A stretch of 64,000 nucleotides of DNA from Candidatus Aenigmatarchaeota archaeon. Lineage in GTDB: Archaea; Aenigmatarchaeota; Aenigmatarchaeia; CG10238-14. The stretch is from positions 101,543-165,542 of the forward strand of contig JAOAJH010000001.1 of the NCBI GenBank assembly GCA_026414305.1, given 5' to 3'. Below the pieces are notes generated by a model. That model made no database searches, was not told the DNA's origin, and saw only the letters and a list, made by a program, of their open reading frames with translations. Positions 36,658 through 44,332 of the stretch are shown piece by piece. How positions within the stretch are numbered: the stretch's first letter is position 1; each line of letters begins with the position of its first letter. The position numbers and the translations under genes were made by a program.

Positions 36658-37512
36658 ATGATAAAGCTAAATAAAATATTTCCCGATGGAAAGATTAATG
36701 TATGGGGTCTTACACCAGGTGAGCAGAATAAAACTAAATGGGAAAACCTTGAAGAGGGCGATATTGTTATATTTGTCCCATCTAGAGACATAGCTTTACT
36801 TGCTCGTGTAGTATATAAGATTAGAAATAAAGATTTAGCGGCATATTTATGGGGAACAGACAAAGAAAGAGGATCGTTTGAAACTTGGGAATTGATTTTT
36901 TTTATCAAAATAGAAAAAAGTTTGGAGATTGACAAAAGAACCTTCTTGACAGAACTACTTGGCTACAATGAGAATGATGTTTTAATGGGTTCTAGAAGAA
37001 TAACCAACAGAATTATAGAAAATTTTGGTTCTGTAAATAATTTTTTGGATATAATAGATTACTTTAATGTCAACGAAAATCAAATAAAGTCGGATATTGA
37101 AGAGGAGTTAATTGAAAGTGAATTTAAGAAGAATTTGAATGTTTTAAAAGATAAACTAGAAAAAACGCCACCTGAAGTAAAATTTATTGAATATAAAGGG
37201 AAAAAAATAACTAGATCTGTTGCCGTTAAATTTCTTGTTAAGGAGATTTCAGGATATAAATGTGAAGCATGTGGTTTTACATTCGAGAAAAAAAATGGGG
37301 AATTATATGTTGAATGTGCCCACATCAAGCCTTTATCAAAAAGTTATCTAGACTCGCCTAATAACGTGGCGGCGTTGTGTCCCAATTGTCATGCAATGTT
37401 AGATAAAGGTTCCATTAAGGAAAGATTGAAAATTTTAGAAAGATTGAAAAAAAATGAAAGATTGGCTGATATTGTAGAAGAAGAAATGAAAAATTATAAC
37501 AAGAATCAGTAA
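36658..37512 (+). CDS. HNH endonuclease with N-terminal EVE/PUA-like domain; probably 5'-frameshifted (extension from 36549)
   Basis: VWG..PG..N..KW..LEEGDIVIF; CEAC...ECAHIKPL...N...LCPNCH. Confidence 0.82.
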   Translation: MIKLNKIFPDGKINVWGLTPGEQNKTKWENLEEGDIVIFVPSRDIALLARVVYKIRNKDLAAYLWGTDKERGSFETWELIFFIKIEKSLEIDKRTFLTELLGYNENDVLMGSRRITNRIIENFGSVNNFLDIIDYFNVNENQIKSDIEEELIESEFKKNLNVLKDKLEKTPPEVKFIEYKGKKITRSVAVKFLVKEISGYKCEACGFTFEKKNGELYVECAHIKPLSKSYLDSPNNVAALCPNCHAMLDKGSIKERLKILERLKKNERLADIVEEEMKNYNKNQ

Positions 37513-37674
37513 CTTCTTATGACTAGTTATATCAGAATATAGTGGAAAAATATCTTTGATTTGTTTTTCGTTTATATGGAAATTTACTCTTATAACTAAA
37601 TGTTTTTGTATAAATAACATCAAAAAATTTCACATATAATATTATTTATGATTGCAAAACTTGATTTTTTTGGT

Positions 37675-38382
37675 TTAAAACTTTACTCTTACAATCGGTG
37701 TAAAGTCACCTAGAGCTTCTTGGGTTATGACTATTAGCTTGACAAATTTTCTCGCTTCTTTTAACAACTCTTTTATCTCTCTATATCTATGGGCTTCTTC
37801 TATGACAATTACATAGTTATTTGGCCATTTTTTACTCAATATTTGGTTAAAGTAAACCTGAAATAACCCTTTACTAGCAGCTATCTGCTCAGGCATCTTT
37901 ATTTTGCAACTTTGTGTTAAATCATCTGTTATCGTTTGTATGTCTTGCAAATTTTGATATTCGTTGTGAGCATCAAAGACTATGTATATATGATTAGGAT
38001 CGTTAGCTATCATTTGTTTAATTAGGGTAGTCTTACCTATTCCACTATTGCCTACAACTTGAACAGGCTTGTCATCAGAATAATTAAAGCAAAACTTGTA
38101 TAGCCTTGAATTTTCGCCTGGCTTTAGTATATTTTCGCTAATAGTTTTACTCAGATGTTCTTCGACAATTTCCCTTATGTAGACTGAAATCTTTTTTGTC
38201 CTTTTTTTGAGCATTTTTATATGTTCTCTTTTTAGTCTTACGCCTATATATACGAGTTTATCATTTGATATTGAGTTTCTCGCTGTTTTCTTCATATCAG
38301 ATGTCGTTTTCGCAATTTCCCCTTTCAGTTTTTCTAATACTTTCATGTCGGTTTCGCTTAGCATGAAATTCAACCTATACAA
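37675..38382 (-). CDS. RHH-fused minimal FtsK/HerA-superfamily P-loop ATPase
   Basis: GNSGIGKT, VFDAHNEY, VIVIEEAH, EARK, ITQ; N-terminal RHH-like YIGVRLKREH...ISVYIREIVE. Confidence 0.78.
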   Translation of the reverse strand: MYRLNFMLSETDMKVLEKLKGEIAKTTSDMKKTARNSISNDKLVYIGVRLKREHIKMLKKRTKKISVYIREIVEEHLSKTISENILKPGENSRLYKFCFNYSDDKPVQVVGNSGIGKTTLIKQMIANDPNHIYIVFDAHNEYQNLQDIQTITDDLTQSCKIKMPEQIAASKGLFQVYFNQILSKKWPNNYVIVIEEAHRYREIKELLKEARKFVKLIVITQEALGDFTPIVRVKF

Positions 38383-38570
38383 ACCCTATATATGTTGTAA
38401 ATCATTTTTCTTTTTCATAAAATCACCTTATTTCTTTCAAATCATCATACTTATCATAACAATTTGCGTCATATTTACTATGAATCTAATTGACATAATA
38501 CCCATTAAGTATATGCTTTATTAACAACTTTACAACCCATTTTTTGCAATTAAAACAAAATCTAACTATA

Positions 38571-38690
38571 TCAAACACCCCAAGGCTTTAATCGTTTGTA
38601 ATGGTGCTCGCACAAGTCCTCTAAACGCTTCGTATGATGGTTGTATGCATATCTTGTAGCCTTTTTTTTGCAATATTTACATTTGATCAT
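38571..38690 (-). CDS. Small zinc-finger protein (39 aa, not in ORF track)
   Basis: MIKCKYCKKKATRYAYNHHTKRLEDLCEHHYKRLKPWGV; CxxC...CxxH; TGATG overlap with the upstream stop. Confidence 0.6.
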   Translation of the reverse strand: MIKCKYCKKKATRYAYNHHTKRLEDLCEHHYKRLKPWGV

Positions 38691-40420
38691 CAATCATCAA
38701 CCGAAAATTTATACATGAACGGCTTGAATTCATATACTTGACCGTCATGAACAGCTGTTTTAACACCATTCTTACCTAACAATGCTTCCAACTGCTTGAG
38801 ACTTATTCCACCTTGCTGTTTGGCTATTTGTCTTGCCATTTGCCAAGGATCCAAATGTTCGCTTTTTTGCTGTTTTTGCTCTAAAATGCGAACACTATTA
38901 AGTGTGTTTGTGGCATGTGCTGTGTTGTCATTTTGTTGTGGATAATTATCAAAAATTTTTTCATTATTATATTTCTCCTTAACTACACCAAGTTCATTTA
39001 TTACACTAACTTCACTAATTTTTTGTGTAGTTTGTGTGTTTTGTGTATCAAGTGTAGTTTGGGGGAAATATAAAAAAAGCATTTCGTCCAATTTTTGTTT
39101 GTCTAATAAAACTTGTATACCTGAACCAACTCTCCTTTTATTTCTTATAACTTGCATACGCTTTAGAAAACGCCCCAACCATCTCTCATTAAACCAATGT
39201 TCCGTTGGATTTTGCTCCAAAAACTTCTTCACAATCTCTTTTATGCTTACATAATCCCCATCAAAACTATACAAAAATTCAAGGATTTTTATATCCCTAC
39301 TTTCAATTACATCAAAAACATTTTTTTCATCTTGAAGATTTAATGCAATCTTATGTATTTCATCAAGTAAATCTTTACTTAAAAGAGAGGCAACAATAAA
39401 TATAGGTAAAAACAACTCGAAATCACGACCTACTAATGTTGTTTTGTTGAGTAAATCTATAATTAATCTACTATATTCAAAATAAGTAACATAACCATTA
39501 TTTAAATGATTAAACAAGTCAGTCAATACATTATCTATTTCATCAAGAGTTAGATTTTTCATTTGTTCTTTAACATTTTTTATATCATTATCAATCTCAA
39601 AAATTTCGAGCCTTTTTGTAATTACAGGATCTATAGAACGTTTTAAAACCAAAACAATACATCTATCACTTAAAACATCGTTTAAACCACTAATATTTGC
39701 TAGACCCATCGGTCTATATACATCAAACTCCTTAACTACGAAAAATTCACCACCTTCTTGACCTTTAATTTTCTGTGCTCTAACAACTTTACCACCTCGT
39801 TTATAGCCAAAATTCAAAATTTCAGCCAACATCTTTTTTTCTTTAGAATCCAAACTTTCAGCTTCATCAAAAAACAAAGGTTTTTTGATTCTGAAAGCAA
39901 CAGCTTCTGTCAAACTTGTTGTTAATATACCGTCAAGTAAAAAAGCCGTGAGTTTTAACAATCTCGTTTTACCTGAGCGTTTAGCCGCATTCAAATAAAG
40001 ATAAGGAAAACATGGAAACTTCTGATAAAATTTTGCAGCTATAACCCAAAGACACCATAGTTTGCAATTTTCTTCTGATGTATCCATATATTTTTTGAAA
40101 ATTTCTTGCAAACCTCGATAAATTTCATATAATTTTTCTTTCGCATCCAAACCCAAATTTGCTTTTTCAATATCCTGCTCTTTTTTTATCCACTCTTCAA
40201 GAATTTTTTGACCGAGAGATGTCAAAATTATTTTATCCTCATTTATTTTATAACACTTTTGGAAATCTGCACACACAAGTTCACCTCGAACTTCGCTTTC
40301 AATTATTGAGTTCCGCAAATCACTAGGAATTAAAAGATTATTTACATTCTCTATGGACGGCTCACGAGAAAACCATTTCAAAAGACCGTATCGAGTAAAC
40401 GACCAATCTATTTCACTCAT
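38690..40420 (-). CDS. Putative replication protein/helicase (DUF3631-like P-loop NTPase + C-terminal wHTH)
   Basis: PYLYLNAAKRSGKT, FFDEAE, LNFGYKRG, LSDRCI, WLGRFLK. Confidence 0.7.
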   Translation of the reverse strand: MSEIDWSFTRYGLLKWFSREPSIENVNNLLIPSDLRNSIIESEVRGELVCADFQKCYKINEDKIILTSLGQKILEEWIKKEQDIEKANLGLDAKEKLYEIYRGLQEIFKKYMDTSEENCKLWCLWVIAAKFYQKFPCFPYLYLNAAKRSGKTRLLKLTAFLLDGILTTSLTEAVAFRIKKPLFFDEAESLDSKEKKMLAEILNFGYKRGGKVVRAQKIKGQEGGEFFVVKEFDVYRPMGLANISGLNDVLSDRCIVLVLKRSIDPVITKRLEIFEIDNDIKNVKEQMKNLTLDEIDNVLTDLFNHLNNGYVTYFEYSRLIIDLLNKTTLVGRDFELFLPIFIVASLLSKDLLDEIHKIALNLQDEKNVFDVIESRDIKILEFLYSFDGDYVSIKEIVKKFLEQNPTEHWFNERWLGRFLKRMQVIRNKRRVGSGIQVLLDKQKLDEMLFLYFPQTTLDTQNTQTTQKISEVSVINELGVVKEKYNNEKIFDNYPQQNDNTAHATNTLNSVRILEQKQQKSEHLDPWQMARQIAKQQGGISLKQLEALLGKNGVKTAVHDGQVYEFKPFMYKFSVDD

Positions 40421-40722
40421 TTAGACACCTCAACCAACCTAAAACCACGAATTCGAAGAAAATTTTGACGTTCTAATTCTTTCAAAATAAGCCACGTGTC
40501 TTTTTTAGTGAGTGCATATTGACAAGCAAAAAAATGATAAATCAGTTTTATAGGTATCTTTTTTTGTTTGAAAGATAATAAATCGTCTATAAAAGCTTCA
40601 AAATATATTTTTTCATTTAGGGGTAAATTTGGTTTTTTCATTTTTTTCACTTTTCTTTTTCTGTTTGTCTTTCCAACCAATCCAATAACTCTTCGAATGT
40701 TTTGAATTGTAAACTCATACAA
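40417..40722 (-). CDS. Small basic, putative wHTH protein
   Basis: ATGA-coupled to the replication gene; ILKELERQNFLRI wing-like end. Confidence 0.55.
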   Translation of the reverse strand: MYEFTIQNIRRVIGLVGKTNRKRKVKKMKKPNLPLNEKIYFEAFIDDLLSFKQKKIPIKLIYHFFACQYALTKKDTWLILKELERQNFLRIRGFRLVEVSK

Positions 40723-40811
40723 TATATTGTATATTAGTAAAAATATTTAAGCCTTATTGAAAAAAAGTTTTATAGTATTACAAACCAATAGAAATAATTA
40801 AGAGGACTTGT

Positions 40812-41327
40812 ATGAACACGCACACAGAAAGAGTATTTAAAAATAAAGCATTATCTATAATATTTTTTACCTTAATTTCTGAAAACGAAAATGGCTTGAA
40901 CAATACAGAAATATCTAAGAAATTGAAAAAATCACCTACAACTATTTCAAGACAAATGGATGTCTTAGAAAAAGCTGGTTTTGTGAAAATCAAGTTAGTA
41001 GATGATAATAGGCTAAAAAAACTCTATTATCCAACCTTGAAACCCTTTTTTGAAAACATAGCAAAATCATTTAACGTTGAATTCACTCAAGATGACTATG
41101 ATAACATAGACAACTTCTTGTTTTATTCAAAGATAAAAAACAGAGTGTTCAAGATAAGCAAAGATGTTTCTAATGTCGTTGCAGAGTTACCGACGGTTAT
41201 ATTCAAGGTGTTTGCTTTTATTGGATCTAGCGAATTTCAAAACATGCTTTACAAAGATCCTGAATTGAATGAAAAATTTGAAAAATACATGAAAACAATG
41301 AGCAAAATAAAAATACTCAAATTTTGA
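40812..41327 (+). CDS. ArsR/MarR-type wHTH regulator (element repressor candidate)
   Basis: TEISKKLKKSPTTISRQMDVLEKAGFV; divergent from the replication operon. Confidence 0.82.
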   Translation: MNTHTERVFKNKALSIIFFTLISENENGLNNTEISKKLKKSPTTISRQMDVLEKAGFVKIKLVDDNRLKKLYYPTLKPFFENIAKSFNVEFTQDDYDNIDNFLFYSKIKNRVFKISKDVSNVVAELPTVIFKVFAFIGSSEFQNMLYKDPELNEKFEKYMKTMSKIKILKF

Positions 41328-41560
41328 TAGACTTTTTAAAAAAGATAATTTTTTGTAATTTATACTAAACAAAACTTGTTGTTTGTTGGTAATTTATATT
41401 ATAAATCATATACTCCGATTGATGAATATTTCGACTGTAATACATAATTCTTTTGGCCTGTTTTTTTATGAGATCAATCCTTTTTGATATATTTTTACCA
41501 ATTTGCTAGGTAGAGTTAATACTTTCGTTTCCGAGTTAATTATCAAAAACCATATTAAAA

Positions 41561-41600
41561 AGTGTCAAACATATATTTAAGGTGTCAAAAGATATGTTAA
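41561..41600. promoter_or_regulatory. Imperfect tandem 20-bp repeat, probable RHH operator/promoter
   Basis: aGTGTCAAAcatatatTTAA / gGTGTCAAAagatatgTTAA, 10 nt before the RHH start. Confidence 0.55.
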
Positions 41601-41610
41601 TTGGTATCAT

Positions 41611-41742
41611 ATGTCCATGACATTTAGGCCAGATAATGATGATATGACTAACATAGAAGCAATATCAAAAACCTTAGGTTTGAAAACAAAGTCATCTGTT
41701 ATCAAAATTTCACTAAAAATAACAGCAAACTTGTTAAAATAA
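41611..41742 (+). CDS. CopG-like ribbon-helix-helix protein (43 aa, not in ORF track)
   Basis: MSMTFRPDNDDMTNIEAISKTLGLKTKSSVIKISLK; beta-alpha-alpha pattern with G.TKS.VI. Confidence 0.65.
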   Translation: MSMTFRPDNDDMTNIEAISKTLGLKTKSSVIKISLKITANLLK

Positions 41743-41871
41743 TATTATATGTAGCTATTCTTGATGTTTTCTTCTAAATCATAATAAATCTCGAAATGAT
41801 TAAATAGATGAAAAGTAGTGTTTATGATTTTTAATTTCATTATGATAATCATAGAATAAATATTAATTTAA

Positions 41872-42576
41872 TTAACATTTCAAAGCATAAGGTTCTGATT
41901 GTTTACTATCCGTTGTTTGGTATTTTTCTTCTAAATTCAATGAATAAAAAACTTGTATAAATGACATCTCAATATCAGAACCTACATATAATAAATCGAG
42001 ATTAGCAGGTGGTAATGTTTTTGAACTTTCAGCTGGTATTGTTATTGAATCATAAAACCCACATAAATCCAAGTTTGTTTCAGGGCTTTTGAATATTGGA
42101 GCACAAAATTCTGTATTTATTTTATAAGTATATGCATTTACAAAGGCACCTTTGTACCCGTATTTTATTTTAACATCATAGTTATTCGGATTATATACTG
42201 TAGCTTGAATATTAAATCTTGGACAAGATTCACCACAAGATTCACCAAGAACATCAGGGGCATTTGGGTTTATGGACCTTACACATTTAGCTTCTTCGAT
42301 TATAAGATTTTGACAAAGCCCACAATCTTCAGGACAATTCATACAATCTTCTTTGTCTTGACACCACTTATTACCACATACAATATTTGATTGTGTAGTT
42401 CCCTGAGCGTTTTCATCTTTATCACAAATATTATTATCATTTATATCTATACAACATTCCGTACCAACTTTTATGTATGGTTTGTTACAAGTAACCTCTT
42501 GTTGAACACAACCACTAAAGAGAACGATTCCAATAATTGTTAATGACAAAATTCCAAAACTCTTGAAATTTTTCAT
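41872..42576 (-). CDS. Cys-rich secreted lipoprotein
   Basis: Signal peptide + FSGC lipobox; CNKPYI..G.ECC.D.N.N.ICD and CGN..C...EDC..CPEDC modules. Confidence 0.75.
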   Translation of the reverse strand: MKNFKSFGILSLTIIGIVLFSGCVQQEVTCNKPYIKVGTECCIDINDNNICDKDENAQGTTQSNIVCGNKWCQDKEDCMNCPEDCGLCQNLIIEEAKCVRSINPNAPDVLGESCGESCPRFNIQATVYNPNNYDVKIKYGYKGAFVNAYTYKINTEFCAPIFKSPETNLDLCGFYDSITIPAESSKTLPPANLDLLYVGSDIEMSFIQVFYSLNLEEKYQTTDSKQSEPYALKC

Positions 42577-42781
42577 TATTAATAAGTTAATTTTGTTATT
42601 TTAAAGACTTTTGTTTTTAGTTGGTAAGATAGCATAATTAGACATAAAGCACGTTCCAAATCTTCCTGTACATTTTCTTATTCTTATTCCGTTATGGTGG
42701 ATATTTGTTATATTATTTATACCTCGAATAATTAAAAAAAGTTAGTTTCCAATACTTTTTTCTATTATTTCACCATCTCCT

Positions 42782-44059
42782 TTAACTGTAAATTTTCAAG
42801 TATCTTGAGCTATTTTTCTCTTTTTTGTAATTTTCAAGCATAAGCAAAGGTATTCTCTCATCAGAATTAATTATATCCAATATTTCTTTTTGCACTCTCT
42901 CTAACTGCTCTATTCTGTCTATTAACGATTTCTCTTTTGTTTCTCTGGTTTCTTCTAACCTTTTCAAGCCTTGAAGGCTAACAGGATTATTGCACCTTGA
43001 ACAGAAATCAACATCAAAGGCATTCTCATAACCACACACAAGACATCTTTTAACCATAGTAGGATTTGTTTCATTCTCTTTCTTGACAAGACCCATGCTT
43101 TCCAATATTCGTATATTCACGTCATTTTGAGTCAAATGCGAATATATGTTAAGCATCTTGCTATCGTTTGTCCAACCAAACCTTTTTTTTAGTTGTTGGT
43201 CTGTTAGGATCTTGCTGTAATATGTTGCCGCACTATGCCTGAACAGATGAGGATATATCCTTTTTTGTATACTAGCTCTCTTGCAAATTTTCTTTAGTTG
43301 TCTAGCAAATGCATCATAGCTTAATCTTTGATAACTGTTTTTCTTTGAATATGTCAGCCATAAAGGATATTTAGGATTGTCTTTGTATGGATGCTGCAAC
43401 AAATATTCTTTCAAAAGAGGCACAGATTCGACAAGCATTATCTCTCTCTGTCCCGTTTTTCCATTTACATTTATGATGCATACTGTAGCCTTGCCTTGTG
43501 GTGTGTCTATTTGTTCAAAATAAATATCGTTCACATTCATGTTTAATATTTCGCTTATTCTTGCACCTGATTCAAACAAAGTAATGAGCAAGGTTTTGTC
43601 TCTTGTATTGTCACACTTACCTATAATCTTGCTTAACTCGTCTTTTGTTATGATGTCATTTGATTTCAATTTCTTTGTCTTGTTTTTGTTAACACTAATT
43701 TTGAGCCAAGCGACTATGTCAGGATATCTTTTATCAAGCCATTCATAGCCTTTCAATATTTGAAAGAATTTTCTTAAAGTGAGAAGAACTAAAAACTTTG
43801 TCCATTCACCATACCTATCATTGCTATTGACCCATACAGCAACAGTATTTACATCATCTTTTGTCCATTCGTCAAATGGTTTATCAACAACATTTCTTAT
43901 GATCTTGATGTTTCTGAGATATATGTTCATTCTACTCAAACTTATTTTATTGGCTACCATTTTCTCGTAAAAACGTTCTACATGCTTAAAGTCGCTTGGC
44001 GATAGCTTACTTCTAAAAAAATCCATATAGCTTTGCAATTGTTTTTTCTGGTAGTTCAT
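42782..44059 (-). CDS. Tyrosine recombinase/integrase with C-terminal zinc ribbon
   Basis: ESGARISE, GKTG.R, HLFRH, GW, IYSH; CLVC...CSRC. Confidence 0.96.
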   Translation of the reverse strand: MNYQKKQLQSYMDFFRSKLSPSDFKHVERFYEKMVANKISLSRMNIYLRNIKIIRNVVDKPFDEWTKDDVNTVAVWVNSNDRYGEWTKFLVLLTLRKFFQILKGYEWLDKRYPDIVAWLKISVNKNKTKKLKSNDIITKDELSKIIGKCDNTRDKTLLITLFESGARISEILNMNVNDIYFEQIDTPQGKATVCIINVNGKTGQREIMLVESVPLLKEYLLQHPYKDNPKYPLWLTYSKKNSYQRLSYDAFARQLKKICKRASIQKRIYPHLFRHSAATYYSKILTDQQLKKRFGWTNDSKMLNIYSHLTQNDVNIRILESMGLVKKENETNPTMVKRCLVCGYENAFDVDFCSRCNNPVSLQGLKRLEETRETKEKSLIDRIEQLERVQKEILDIINSDERIPLLMLENYKKEKNSSRYLKIYS

Positions 44060-44121
44060 AATTTTTACCTTATGGTGTCAGTTTAAATATACGTTGTATA
44101 GGACATAGAATATCAAAGGTT

Positions 44122-44228
44122 AGCCTCGGATGGGAGTTGAACCCATAACCTACTGATCTCTTGCAGTCATTCTTGCGTCCTAAGATCAGATACAAGTCAG
44201 TTGCTCTGCCAGGTTGAGCTACCGAGGC
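44122..44228 (-). tRNA. trnT: tRNA-Thr(TGT) with 33-nt intron at 37/38 (intron 44158-44190)
   Basis: GCCTCGG/CCGAGGC acceptor stem, ACTGA-CT-TGT-A|intron|A-TCAGT; BHB central helix CTTG/CAAG. Confidence 0.93.
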
Positions 44229-44332
44229 TTCTATTTTATAGATATTTTACTTATTTTTTATGAGAGCAAATATTATTAACTTTTTCATTGTAATAGTTAA
44301 ATCTTTTACTCTCATTTTTATTTTAGATAATC

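Larger units (their letters stand above)
35972..44134. mobile_element. Integrated element (~8.2 kb) at the 3' end of tRNA-Thr
   Basis: 13-bp direct repeat AGCCTCGGATGGG at 35972-35984 and 44122-44134 (tRNA 3' end); adjacent tyrosine integrase; replication, ATPase and regulator genes. Confidence 0.9.

Noticed and set aside
38386-38388. TAG reassignment (alternative genetic code) to explain the in-frame amber
   Set aside because: rps8, rps19 and aIF1 end in TAG at their expected C-termini; no other internal TAGs seen
42577-42781. Possible gene remnant between the integrase and the lipoprotein
   Set aside because: SD-ATG is followed almost immediately by a stop; no recognisable motif in any frame
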